DNA of 64,000 nt from a phage. A program made the translations under genes and the position numbers. This document shows positions 10,155 through 19,973 of this stretch, one piece after another (within the stretch, counting starts at the first letter, position 1; each line of letters starts with the position of its first letter). The notes below the pieces were generated by a model. The model searched no databases, was not told the origin of the DNA, and saw nothing but the letters and a program-made list of their open reading frames with translations. The DNA lies in sequence record PZ386958.1, one strand, 5' to 3'.

Positions 10155-10355
10155 ATGAAGATGAGAGTAAAAGACAATTTTAAAGTTATTGACCACCGTT
10201 TAGTGGAACTCTCATCTCTTTCCAATGAGGTAATGATTGAACGTCTTAAGAGAGTTGAATCACGAAGGAAAGAGATTGCAGATGAAATTCATGAACTGGA
10301 CAAGATTGAAAACGGATTGAAGGCAGAACTACAACGAAGAGGTGCTAATGTCTAA
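10155..10355 (+). CDS. Hypothetical small coiled-coil protein
   Basis: 66-aa ORF. Confidence 0.3.
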   Translation: MKMRVKDNFKVIDHRLVELSSLSNEVMIERLKRVESRRKEIADEIHELDKIENGLKAELQRRGANV

Positions 10356-12333
10356 AGGTCGTAAATTGAAAGAGGCTGGTCAGTTTATTGGTCATTGTGC
10401 ATGTCCACGTTGTGGTTCATCAGATGCTGGTTCAATCTACCACCATGACGATGATTCTTATTCGATGACTTGCTTTAGCTGTAACAAAGGTTTCCCAGAG
10501 TGGGATTTTGATAAAGGACAAATCGTGAGCACTTATTCTACTGGTTCAGATAACAAAAGCCGTACTTTCCGTGGAATGGATTTAGACGATGTAAAAGAAA
10601 ACCTAGAAGCAATGGACTTGAAAGATAGGAAGATTCCTGCAAAAGTCCTTGAACGCTTAGGTATCAAGGTTGACATTGACAGTGACGGTGAAATTGATGC
10701 GCACTTCTATCCAACTTACAAACGTAATGAAGATGGTAAGCTAGAACATGTTGGCTACCGTGTTCGTCACCGTTACCCAGAAGACCATCCAAAAGAGCAC
10801 CTACGTGGTAAGCTAAAAGACTTTTCTGGTGGTGTTGGGGACATTAAAGGTGAACTGGCAATGTTCGGTTCATGGATTGCTCCAGAAGGTGGTAACCGTC
10901 TATTCATTTGGGAAGGTGAGATGGAATGTGCGACAGCAATCTATATGACTTCTCTTGCGATTAAGGACAAATCTCGTCGTAAGAATTACTGTCACGTATC
11001 TGTTCCATCAGGTGCAAACATTAAGTCTATCAAAGACAACTATCAGTACATCACATCATTTGACGAGATTTACTTGTGTTTTGATAACGATGAAGCAGGT
11101 GCTAAAGCTACCAAAGAAGCTGCTGGTATCCTACCTATTGAGAAGGTTCGTTTATTCCAGTATCCAGAGGGTGTAAAAGACCTTAACGAATGGTGGACAA
11201 AGTTTTATAAAGAGAAAGATACAGTTCTGGAAGGATTCAAGCAGCGTATCTACAATGCACCTCGTTACTGCCCTGCTGGTATCAAGAACTTTGCAGACGG
11301 TTTTGAGGCAATGAAGAATCGTGGTCAGATTCCATTGATTCCTTTCCCAGAATCTTTCGGGGATTTGAACAGACTGACTTATGGTGGTTACGGTTTAGGC
11401 GAGATTACGACTATTGCAGCACCATCTTCAGTAGGTAAGTCAGCTTACACCCGTGAGATGATTTATTCAGCTTGGAAAGAAACTGATTATAATATTGGTG
11501 TAATTCCTGTAGAAGATACCTATGAAGAGTTGATGGAGATGCTCTGTGCAATCCACCTTAGCAAGCAGATTTCTGAGATTCCTTATGATGAACGTGATTG
11601 GGATGAATTGAAGGTGGCACACGCAGAGCTATCTAAAGGTCGTCGTATCCATATCGTTGACCATCAAGGGGCAATTGACCAAGATAACCTGCTGGAGTTT
11701 GTTGACTATCTTGTTAATAGTTTAGACTGTAAGATTATTATTCTTGACCCTATTACGTTAGCTCTGTCACGTTCTGATACGGATGAAGAGGAAGTATTGT
11801 CTGAACTATTGCGTCGTTGCAAACGCTACCAGTATGCACAGGTAAACGTCTGTCACGTTCGTAAGAGTGCAGGTGGTCAGAAAGCTAACTCTGAAGGTGG
11901 AGATATCTCTGAAGAGGATATTAAGGGTTCTGGTGCGTATTTCCAGATTTCCATGAACAACATTCTGTTAATGCGTAACAAGGTTGACCCAGACCCTGTT
12001 AAGAAAAACTTGACAAAAATCAAGTTAACTAAGTGTCGTCGTCATGGTAAGTCAACAGGTATTGCTGGTCATACTTGGTACAATCCAGACACAGGGCGTC
12101 TTATCAAAGCTTCTGGGTGTGGTGTTGACATTGATGGTGCAGCAGAAAATATCCGTCAACAGTTTGGTATTGGTGAAGCTGAAGACCATTATGACGACTC
12201 TTTACCTCATTATGAGGATGAAGTGTTTGACCGTGAGACTGGTGAAGTCTATACTGAAGAACAGCGTCAAAGCTCAATGATTCCACCTGTATTAAGCGAG
12301 GATGCAGATGACTGCCCATTCGAAACTGAGTGA
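10342..12333 (+). CDS. Bifunctional DNA primase-helicase (T7 gp4-like)
   Basis: N-terminal Cys4 zinc ribbon (CACPRCGSSD ... CFSCNKG), TOPRIM-like middle, C-terminal DnaB-type helicase with Walker A GLGEITTIAAPSSVGKSAYT. Confidence 0.8.
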   Translation: MLMSKGRKLKEAGQFIGHCACPRCGSSDAGSIYHHDDDSYSMTCFSCNKGFPEWDFDKGQIVSTYSTGSDNKSRTFRGMDLDDVKENLEAMDLKDRKIPAKVLERLGIKVDIDSDGEIDAHFYPTYKRNEDGKLEHVGYRVRHRYPEDHPKEHLRGKLKDFSGGVGDIKGELAMFGSWIAPEGGNRLFIWEGEMECATAIYMTSLAIKDKSRRKNYCHVSVPSGANIKSIKDNYQYITSFDEIYLCFDNDEAGAKATKEAAGILPIEKVRLFQYPEGVKDLNEWWTKFYKEKDTVLEGFKQRIYNAPRYCPAGIKNFADGFEAMKNRGQIPLIPFPESFGDLNRLTYGGYGLGEITTIAAPSSVGKSAYTREMIYSAWKETDYNIGVIPVEDTYEELMEMLCAIHLSKQISEIPYDERDWDELKVAHAELSKGRRIHIVDHQGAIDQDNLLEFVDYLVNSLDCKIIILDPITLALSRSDTDEEEVLSELLRRCKRYQYAQVNVCHVRKSAGGQKANSEGGDISEEDIKGSGAYFQISMNNILLMRNKVDPDPVKKNLTKIKLTKCRRHGKSTGIAGHTWYNPDTGRLIKASGCGVDIDGAAENIRQQFGIGEAEDHYDDSLPHYEDEVFDRETGEVYTEEQRQSSMIPPVLSEDADDCPFETE

Positions 12334-12585
12334 TAGTTATAAAAGAGAGGGGTTTATACCCTTCTTTGAAGAAAAAAGTTTAAATAAATTTCAGGAAGAG
12401 TGTTTGACAAAGATTGATAGGTTCTATAGAATGCTCCACATGAAATGCGATGGAGAAGTTGAAATAGAACAACAGTTCCATCAAAGTATAATTACAGTCA
12501 TCATTACACTGCCTCAGCATAATATTGGTTGGCTGTTTATAATGAAAGAAAATGTGTTTGAATATCAAGTATATCGGAGAATATC

Positions 12586-12735
12586 ATGAAACACTCTAAA
12601 GCATTTGAAAAAGTTTTTGGGGATTCCTTAAAAGCCACTGCTGGTAAACCAGCAAAATACTATGAAGAGAAGCGTGTAAGAACTGGAAAAACTGCACGTA
12701 AAGCAGCTTCTAAAGATAAGCACAACTTCCAGTAA
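12586..12735 (+). CDS. Small basic protein (49 aa), not in ORF track
   Basis: ATG preceded by GGAG; MKHSKAFEKVFGDSLKATAGKPAKYYEEKRVRTGKTARKAASKDKHNFQ; fills intergenic gap. Confidence 0.3.
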   Translation: MKHSKAFEKVFGDSLKATAGKPAKYYEEKRVRTGKTARKAASKDKHNFQ

Positions 12736-12807
12736 TTAATGTTTGACAATAGAGTATCAACAAATTAGAATTGGTACTCTTCATAAATTGAGATAGAGGT
12801 TTAAATA

Positions 12808-13665
12808 ATGTCTAAAGTTGTTAAAATGAAAGCTCCGGTAGAGAAGTACAATGGTACTGAACGTCAAACTCTGCGTTACCTTCTGAAAGATGTTTGGTTT
12901 TATTACCTGAACACTTCACCACGTCCGGGAAAAGGTAAATCCATTGACAAGAAATTCCCAGGCAAAGACTGTAACTACAGTGTTTCAATTCTGGCAGAAG
13001 ATGGTAATAAACTATTTAAAGAGTTTACTAAGTCTAAGAAAAACCCAGAAGGTTGGGATAAAGTTACTACTGAAGCAGTTGATGCAGATGACTTCGAAGA
13101 GAAGTTTGGTTGCAAACCACCATTTGAAGCAGACACTTACTACATCTTGAAAGTAAGTCGTGCAGCAGCTTATAAGGATGGTGCTGTGTGGACAGCTAAA
13201 CAGTCATTCCCTGTAATGCTGATTGAAGAAGTAAATGGTAAGCGTGTAGCTGTTAAACAGCCGATGAAGAAAATCAAAGCTCAAGCATCTGATAAACATG
13301 AAGATGACAAGAACTATGATGTAATTCATCCAGATATTGCAGTTGGTAACGGTTCTTTCGGTAGTGTGATTCTCTCTACTCACTTCTACACTTTTGAGAA
13401 CAATGTTCTGACAAAACCTATTCAGGAACAGTTTATCATTGACACTCTTGTACCTTACACTGGTGGTAACGGTGCTAATGGTGAACCTGAACTGGATGAA
13501 GATGAACTGGCTATGCTTGGTCTTGATGGTGTTGAAGATAACGGTGAAATCACTGAAGAAGATGCAAAAGACCACAAACCTTCGAATGATTCTGATGATG
13601 GTGACGATGAAGACTTGCCAGACCCAGACGACGAAGAAGATGAAGACTTCGATACAGAAGACTAA
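12808..13665 (+). CDS. Single-stranded DNA-binding protein-like (T7 gp2.5-like acidic tail)
   Basis: 285 aa; very acidic C-terminus DDGDDEDLPDPDDEEDEDFDTED as in gp2.5-type SSBs; sits between helicase and exonuclease. Confidence 0.45.
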   Translation: MSKVVKMKAPVEKYNGTERQTLRYLLKDVWFYYLNTSPRPGKGKSIDKKFPGKDCNYSVSILAEDGNKLFKEFTKSKKNPEGWDKVTTEAVDADDFEEKFGCKPPFEADTYYILKVSRAAAYKDGAVWTAKQSFPVMLIEEVNGKRVAVKQPMKKIKAQASDKHEDDKNYDVIHPDIAVGNGSFGSVILSTHFYTFENNVLTKPIQEQFIIDTLVPYTGGNGANGEPELDEDELAMLGLDGVEDNGEITEEDAKDHKPSNDSDDGDDEDLPDPDDEEDEDFDTED

Positions 13666-13683
13666 TCTTTAAAAGTTACTTTA

Positions 13684-13712
13684 AAGCCCTGTACTTAGTA
13701 TGGGGCTTTTTC
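13684..13712 (+). terminator. Hairpin plus T-run (aaagccctgtacttagtatggggcttttt)
   Basis: GC stem followed by TTTTT downstream of SSB-like gene. Confidence 0.4.
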
Positions 13713-13727
13713 ATATGGAGAGCCACA

Positions 13728-14774
13728 ATGGAGAAGTACACGCTAACAAAACTTCCCGATTCAGTTACACATGTCTTTATTGACTCTGATAGTATTGCCT
13801 ATAAAGGTGCTTGTGTAGTTGAGAAAGCAAAATATAAGTATGTCAATAAACTCACAGCAGAAGAATCTGAACCATTTGATAATGCAAAAGATGCCGCAAG
13901 ATGGTTAGCAGACCAGAGAATCCTTGTAGAAGAGCTTGGCCTAGCATTTGATGAAGATGAATGGGAAAGACAGACTTGGAAAGAAGCTAAGAGTGAAAAA
14001 GAAGCTATCATGGCTACTCAGCAGGTTCTTCAGGAATGGCTTAAGGTTGTTGGTAAAGAAAGAACTTGGGTAGGTTATTTAACAGAGAAGGGTGTGCATA
14101 AACATAAAGACATTAAAGGTCTTGAGCACCAATATCAAGGTAACCGTAAAGATGCCGTCACACCAACACACTTAGTCGCTTGTCGTGAATACCTTCTGTC
14201 AAGACCAGAGTTTAAGCTGATTCTTGATGGATTTGAAGCTGACTCTATCGTAATTGCTAAAGCTGAAAAGATGGGTAAAAAGGCTGCCTTAATGAGTATT
14301 GATAAAGACCTTCGACAAGCTGAAGGTACTTACTGCATTGATATGACCTATGAAAAATCACCTTTAATTTTTATTGCTGATAACAACGTTGGTGAAATTT
14401 GGGATTGCCCAATAAAATCGACACCAAAAGCTAAGAAGACAGTTGGGGTAGGTTTTAAATTTCTTTGTTATCAAGCTGTGTCTGGTGATAATGCAGATAA
14501 CTATTTTGGTTTAAAGGGCGTTGGTAAGGTTGCTGTAATGAAAGCCCTTGAGGGTAAAACCACTTACAAAGAGTGTCTTGATGCAATTTATGAGCTTTAT
14601 GCTAAGAAAGAGTCATACACTTATGTCTCGTGGGATGGTCAAACAATTACCAGAACACCCTTAGAGCTAATGCAGCAACATTTCTGGATAGCTTATCAGG
14701 AAAGAAATAAGAAAGATGATTTCACTTTTGATAAGTATGGGTGGACACCAAATGTTAACTCAACAAACTCTTAA
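13728..14774 (+). CDS. 5'-3' exonuclease / flap endonuclease (T7 gp6 / T5 D15-like)
   Basis: 348 aa; acidic clusters VFIDSDSIAY, SIDKDL and GDNADNYFGLKGVG resemble FEN-family metal-binding motifs. Confidence 0.55.
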   Translation: MEKYTLTKLPDSVTHVFIDSDSIAYKGACVVEKAKYKYVNKLTAEESEPFDNAKDAARWLADQRILVEELGLAFDEDEWERQTWKEAKSEKEAIMATQQVLQEWLKVVGKERTWVGYLTEKGVHKHKDIKGLEHQYQGNRKDAVTPTHLVACREYLLSRPEFKLILDGFEADSIVIAKAEKMGKKAALMSIDKDLRQAEGTYCIDMTYEKSPLIFIADNNVGEIWDCPIKSTPKAKKTVGVGFKFLCYQAVSGDNADNYFGLKGVGKVAVMKALEGKTTYKECLDAIYELYAKKESYTYVSWDGQTITRTPLELMQQHFWIAYQERNKKDDFTFDKYGWTPNVNSTNS

Positions 14775-15252
14775 AGAGTACCTACACTATGACCCCGAAA
14801 CAGGGGTCTTTACTTGGTTAGTTGATAGAAAAGGTAAGGCCAAAGCTGGTTCAGTGGCAGGTGTTAAACACCATAGTGGTTATATCTATATAAAACTCCT
14901 CGGAAAAAGATATGGAGCACACAGGCTGGCCTTCTTATACATGAAAGGCTACCTCCCAAAATTTGTTGACCATAAGAATTGTATCAGGTATGACAACTGG
15001 TTCGACAATTTGAGAGAATGTAGCAGGTCAGATAATAACTGTAATGCAGTCAAAAGAAGGGATAATAAGTCTGGCGTGAAGGGTGTATACTACCACAAGC
15101 TAACAGGTAGGTGGGCTGCACAAGTTAAGCATAATAAGGTTTGCTATCATCTAGGTCTGTTTGACTCTGTTGCTGATGCTGAATCAGTTGTCAAAAAGAA
15201 AAGAGAAGAACTACATAAAGAGTTTTCAAATCACGGAGAAGCTTATGAATGA
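14752..15252 (+). CDS. HNH homing endonuclease with AP2-type DNA-binding domain
   Basis: Start chosen at MLTQQT (track ORF begins 14716, overlapping exonuclease); LKEYLHYDPETGVFTW ... SGVKGVYYHKLTGRWAAQVKHNKVCYHLGLFDSVADAESV is the HNH_3/AP2 architecture. Confidence 0.6.
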   Translation: MLTQQTLKEYLHYDPETGVFTWLVDRKGKAKAGSVAGVKHHSGYIYIKLLGKRYGAHRLAFLYMKGYLPKFVDHKNCIRYDNWFDNLRECSRSDNNCNAVKRRDNKSGVKGVYYHKLTGRWAAQVKHNKVCYHLGLFDSVADAESVVKKKREELHKEFSNHGEAYE

Positions 15253-15746
15253 AGATTAAAGGATTTGGTAATTGCCCCACCTATGGTCATTGGGTATCTT
15301 TATGTGGGGAAGTTGACCCCACTAAACATTTTGGTTTTGTCTATTTAGTACACTGTAAGAAAACCGGACAATACTATATCGGAAAGAAACAGCTTAATAG
15401 TGTGACCAAAAGAAAAGTTGCTGGCAAGACTCGGAAGAAGGTAGTCACTAAGGAAAGTGATTGGATGACTTATGAGACTTCTTCTGAGTATATTAAAAAA
15501 GATATTGAGAGCTTTGGAAAAGAATTTTTTGACTTTTACATTATTCAGACCTACTACACAAAAGGTGGTCTAGTTTATGGTGAAGCAAACCTTCAACATA
15601 AGTTCGATGTAATGACAAAAAGGATTGACTCGAAGCTCAGACTCTTCTACAATGCCAATATTGCAGCAATTAAGTTTATTACTAAAGAAACTTATGAAGA
15701 TGCTGAAAAAAGAATCCATAAGGTAATGAAAGCAAATTGTACTTGA
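15249..15746 (+). CDS. GIY-YIG-like endonuclease
   Basis: 165 aa; FGFVYLVHCKKTGQYYIGKK resembles GIY-x10-YIG motif. Confidence 0.4.
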   Translation: MKIKGFGNCPTYGHWVSLCGEVDPTKHFGFVYLVHCKKTGQYYIGKKQLNSVTKRKVAGKTRKKVVTKESDWMTYETSSEYIKKDIESFGKEFFDFYIIQTYYTKGGLVYGEANLQHKFDVMTKRIDSKLRLFYNANIAAIKFITKETYEDAEKRIHKVMKANCT

Positions 15747-15752
15747 CAACTA

Positions 15753-16016
15753 TTGAGAGAGAATAAAATGTTTAACAAAAGTAAAGCTGTGAGTCATGTA
15801 GCAAAGGTTGACAGCAAGATTGAAGAACTTGAGCGCATTCTTGCAAATGCCAGAGAGTCAATAATTAAAGAGGTTGAAGCTGTTGAATCTCAAATGCAGC
15901 ACCTAATGCTTAAACGTCAAGAACTACGTGAGCATCTAGAATATATTGAAACACGAGAGCTAAAGGTTAACAAATATTTTAAGGAGTCCGAATGTTTAAC
16001 TCAAGAGAATCAGTAA
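15753..16016 (+). CDS. Hypothetical coiled-coil protein
   Basis: 87-aa ORF. Confidence 0.3.
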   Translation: MRENKMFNKSKAVSHVAKVDSKIEELERILANARESIIKEVEAVESQMQHLMLKRQELREHLEYIETRELKVNKYFKESECLTQENQ

Positions 16017-16747
16017 AAAACTGGAACCTGCGTTGTGGAAACACTCAAAAGCAACCTTACAGTAATGAGTATTGGGAATCTTTAAAATCTCAATCTCTGT
16101 GTATGCTTGAAGAAGCAAAAGAGCTTGTAAAAGCAATTGAAGAGAAAGACCCCATTGAGACACTGGATGCTCAGGCAGATTTGCAATATGTTCTTGACGG
16201 CTTGATTTATCTGTCACAACATGACCATAACGGTGCTATGAAAGCTGTTTGCCATAATAATGACCTGAAGTACACAGATGACTATGAAGAAGCTTTAAAA
16301 CGTCTTGCAGACATTGAAAAGCGTACTGGTCAAGAGTGTATTATCAGGATGTCAGTAGTTGACGGTAAAGAGTGGTATGCGATTGTTCGTGCAGCCGATG
16401 GGAAGACTATGAAGCAATCAAATCTACCTAAAGTACAGCTTGGTGAATACATTGTAGAACTTGAAAGCCAAGAACTTTTTGTGGTAGTATCTGAGACATG
16501 CGTTATCTGCAAAGGTATTGTAGGTAGCTTAAAGGATTTGGGTGTAGATGGTTTTGTAGAAGTTAATCCAATTACCTCTAAAGCAGATAAAGACTTCTGT
16601 AAAGAGAACGGACTATGGATTGCAGATATTGTCTACTATGATGGTGAGCAGTTCCATGTAACCTCATACCCGAAACTGAATTATGATGCTAATAACCTGA
16701 AGTGCTGGTTAAAAGGGGTTGGTTATAATGGATTCACAGAACATTAA
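15992..16747 (+). CDS. Hypothetical protein, possible MazG-like NTP pyrophosphohydrolase
   Basis: 251 aa; LEEAKELVKAIEEKDPIETLDAQADLQYVLDGL resembles MazG EExxE..D motif; weak. Confidence 0.3.
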   Translation: MFNSRESVKNWNLRCGNTQKQPYSNEYWESLKSQSLCMLEEAKELVKAIEEKDPIETLDAQADLQYVLDGLIYLSQHDHNGAMKAVCHNNDLKYTDDYEEALKRLADIEKRTGQECIIRMSVVDGKEWYAIVRAADGKTMKQSNLPKVQLGEYIVELESQELFVVVSETCVICKGIVGSLKDLGVDGFVEVNPITSKADKDFCKENGLWIADIVYYDGEQFHVTSYPKLNYDANNLKCWLKGVGYNGFTEH

Positions 16748-17051
16748 TAAAGAGGGTGTGGCTCAGAAGAGCCACTTCTCAAACTACAATATCTCTATGA
16801 CGGTGTTTATGAATGACCCGTTACTTGAGAAGTATGGTGAGACTCCAGATACACTTCTGGACAATGAACAAGTTTTAAAAGCAGTTCTGTACAAATACGG
16901 GATTGATATTGAGAAAGAGTATTCTTTTGAAATCTGTCAACACAGGAATACTTTTGGTAAAGTTGTGATGGCTCCACTTTTTATGGGTGTAGAAAGGACT
17001 GACTACGGTTGGTTATATCTAAAAAGAAACTTGGAGAAATACCGTGTTTAA
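16719..17051 (+). CDS. Hypothetical protein
   Basis: 110-aa ORF. Confidence 0.3.
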   Translation: MVIMDSQNINKEGVAQKSHFSNYNISMTVFMNDPLLEKYGETPDTLLDNEQVLKAVLYKYGIDIEKEYSFEICQHRNTFGKVVMAPLFMGVERTDYGWLYLKRNLEKYRV

Positions 17052-17379
17052 AGCAAAGAAGTTAGATTACGATGCCATTATCTCTGGTGCTAAATTAGGT
17101 GTTGACAGTCTCGGACGGGACGTTAAACACGGAGACACAGTTATGTACTGTGATGACCGAAGAGGAAGAAGTTCAATCTTGTTTGGAAAAGTTGTATGTA
17201 AAATACGCGGTAATTATGTTGTTTCAGATATGGATGGCAACGTCGCACAAAAGCTCAAAATAATCATGGATAGCAAGACTCCATCATGGCTCTTAAATTG
17301 TATGCACGCTTCGTCTATCACAAAAGTAAGTGATAAGTTTTACGATATGTGGCAGAATGAGCAAATTTTCAAGATTTAA
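17044..17379 (+). CDS. Hypothetical protein
   Basis: 111-aa ORF. Confidence 0.3.
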   Translation: MFKAKKLDYDAIISGAKLGVDSLGRDVKHGDTVMYCDDRRGRSSILFGKVVCKIRGNYVVSDMDGNVAQKLKIIMDSKTPSWLLNCMHASSITKVSDKFYDMWQNEQIFKI

Positions 17380-17383
17380 ACTA

Positions 17384-17409
17384 GGGAGCCTCTTCGGAGG
17401 CTCTTTTCA
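17384..17409 (+). terminator. Intrinsic terminator (gggagcctcttcggaggctcttttc)
   Basis: Perfect stem with TTCG tetraloop and T-run. Confidence 0.6.
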
Positions 17410-17425
17410 TCTGTAGGATTCGAAA

Positions 17426-19660
17426 ATGATTAAGACAATTAAAAAATCAAATGGTACAGTAGTAAGCTTTGACCCAGAAAGACTGAATAAGTGGGCATCA
17501 TGGGCAGATAAACGTGGAATTATCTGGTCAGAAGTCACTATGGAAGCTATGAAACGTGTCTATGAGGGTTGCACTACAAAAGAGATGCACCAAGCCATGA
17601 TTGATGTTTGTGTTGATAAACAAACTCAAGAGTACTCAGATATGGCTGGACGACTGCTTTTGGGTATTATCTACAAAGAAGCCTTTGGAGGCTTTACTAA
17701 GGTTCCTACGCTGATTACCTTCGTTAAAAATATGGAGAGAGCAGGACTTTGGGAGAAGATGGATTATTCACAGGAAGAGCTTGAATACCTGCAAGGTTAC
17801 ATCGTGCACTCAAAAGATATCTCTTACGGTTATGCAGTCCTGAAACAGTTCAGAGACAAGTATGGTATCCGTGATATTAAAACGGGAAGACTTTTTGAGT
17901 CACCACAATTTATGTTTATGGGTATGGCTATGAAAGCCTTTGAGAAGCAACCAAAGCACCGTAGACTGCAAGATGTTATCAAGCTGTACACTTACCTATC
18001 TGACCTGAAGATTAATGCTCCTACGCCTTATCTGAATGGTTTAAGAGCTACTAAATCAGGTTATGCGTCATGCTGTTTGATTAAAGCGAATGATACCGCT
18101 GAATCACTTGGTATTGCTGCAAAGGTTGCTTATGATATGACTACAAAGCAAGCTGGTATTGGTATGCTGATGGAGACTCGTACTATTGGTGATGGTATCC
18201 GTCAAAACACTATTGAGCACATGGGTAAGCTACCTTATTATAAGCTTGTACGTTCATCTGTAGAGGCAAATAAACAGAAGAGTCGTGGTGGTTCAGCTAA
18301 TAACTTCTACACTGCTCTAGACCCGCAGATTGAAGATTTACTGCGTTTGAAGCACCCTACAACGGTTCCTTCTAAACGTATTAACGAGATGGACTACTCA
18401 TTCGGTACAAACGATTATTTCTGGCAGTGTGTTCAGTATGATACAGATTGGTTGCTATTCTCTTACAAAGATGCACCAAAACTTTATGATATGTTCTACA
18501 CCGCATCTGCCGATGAGTTTGCTATGGCAGTTGGTCACGCAGTACATTCTGGTGTTAAACACAGACGAGTAAAGGCTCGTGAAATTGCTAAACTGTTTAT
18601 CCAGCAACGTTATGCAACAGGTCGTGTGTATCCATTCTTCACAAATAATGCAAACACACATACACCATTTAAAGAACCTTTGAAGATGTCAAATCTTTGT
18701 ATGGAAATTGTGTTGCCAGTGTACGGCTTTGAGAAGGAGACAGACCTTTACAGAGATGATGCTGTGAAAGAGGATGGTGAGGTGGCTCTTTGCTTCCTAG
18801 CTAGTTTGGTTGCAGGGAGAATTTCAGAAGATGAATACGCTGACGTTGCTTATTATGCTCTGGCAATGGTTGATTCCGTTATTGACCTTATGGATTATCC
18901 GTATCCGTCGATGCGTAACCATGTTCAGAAGCGTCGCTCTGTTGGCATTGGCCTTACAAATGTGGCTCATTACCTTGCGAAAAACTACGTGAACTATTCT
19001 TCAAGAGCAGGTAAGACAAAGCTTCACGAACTTGCAGAGATGCACTCTTACTATCTGCATGAAGCTTCTTTAAGACTTGCTAAAGAACGTGGTGTACCTG
19101 AGTATATGCAGTTCACTAAGTACCCTGAAGGCTGGGTTCCTCCGAAGACAGCTAACAAGAAGATTGATGAAAAGCATGATGCAAAACTACGATATGATTG
19201 GGATGACTTAGCACAACGTATCAAAGAAAATGGTGGAATCCGAAACTCTGTATTAGAGGCTTACATGCCTAATGAGAGTTCTTCACTAGCAACTAATACG
19301 ACAAATGGCTTGTACCCAATTCGTGACTTTATTTTAACTAAAAAGTCTGCAACTGGTAACGTGCTGTTTATTGTTCCAGATTATGAAGAGTTGAAGTATG
19401 TCTATGAAATTGCTTGGGATATCAACACCTTTGATATGATTGATTGTTATGCAATTGTTCAAAAGTTCACTGGTCAAGCTATCTCTTCGGATTTCTATGT
19501 TGACTATGCAAAGTCTAAGAAGGTATCATTGGCTCAAGCTCTGAAGTACATGATTTATGCCAACTCGGTAGGTATGAAAACCATGTACTACCTTAACAGT
19601 CGCATTGGTGTAGGCAAATCTGCACTGCAAGATGCTTATTGCGAGGGTTGTGGTGTTTAG
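17426..19660 (+). CDS. nrdA: Ribonucleotide reductase class Ia large subunit
   Basis: 744 aa; N-terminal ATP-cone (MIKTIKKSNGTVVSFDPERL), C-terminal cysteine pair CEGCGV. Confidence 0.85.
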   Translation: MIKTIKKSNGTVVSFDPERLNKWASWADKRGIIWSEVTMEAMKRVYEGCTTKEMHQAMIDVCVDKQTQEYSDMAGRLLLGIIYKEAFGGFTKVPTLITFVKNMERAGLWEKMDYSQEELEYLQGYIVHSKDISYGYAVLKQFRDKYGIRDIKTGRLFESPQFMFMGMAMKAFEKQPKHRRLQDVIKLYTYLSDLKINAPTPYLNGLRATKSGYASCCLIKANDTAESLGIAAKVAYDMTTKQAGIGMLMETRTIGDGIRQNTIEHMGKLPYYKLVRSSVEANKQKSRGGSANNFYTALDPQIEDLLRLKHPTTVPSKRINEMDYSFGTNDYFWQCVQYDTDWLLFSYKDAPKLYDMFYTASADEFAMAVGHAVHSGVKHRRVKAREIAKLFIQQRYATGRVYPFFTNNANTHTPFKEPLKMSNLCMEIVLPVYGFEKETDLYRDDAVKEDGEVALCFLASLVAGRISEDEYADVAYYALAMVDSVIDLMDYPYPSMRNHVQKRRSVGIGLTNVAHYLAKNYVNYSSRAGKTKLHELAEMHSYYLHEASLRLAKERGVPEYMQFTKYPEGWVPPKTANKKIDEKHDAKLRYDWDDLAQRIKENGGIRNSVLEAYMPNESSSLATNTTNGLYPIRDFILTKKSATGNVLFIVPDYEELKYVYEIAWDINTFDMIDCYAIVQKFTGQAISSDFYVDYAKSKKVSLAQALKYMIYANSVGMKTMYYLNSRIGVGKSALQDAYCEGCGV

Positions 19661-19716
19661 TTTTAACAACTATGAGGGTCGTAAAAGACCCTCTAAAAAT
19701 AACTTTGGAGAGACCA

Positions 19717-19973
19717 TGAAAGATTTAATAGAAAAACATGAGCGACCTATATACTTGCTCCACAAGCCTCGGAAAACGATGTACTATGTGAGTAGCACAG
19801 ACATGATGATAAAACAAAATGATGACTCATGGGTTGCTGGTATCTCTTACATCTCTACAGCAGATGGTAAAATCTACGCAAGACCTTATGAGATGTTTAA
19901 CAAAGAAAATTGGGAAGTTTTAGACAGAAAACAAGCCTTAGAAATGATAAAGAAAGGAGAAATCACGCTATGA
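19717..19973 (+). CDS. Hypothetical small protein
   Basis: Track ORF 19632-19973 overlaps nrdA; internal start MKDLIEK at about 19717 more plausible. Confidence 0.3.

Noticed and set aside
12302-12589. 95-aa ORF overlapping the 3' end of the primase-helicase gene
   Set aside because: The start lies inside the helicase coding region, with no clear RBS or motif. The downstream small basic ORF 12586-12735 with a GGAG site is the more plausible gene in this gap.
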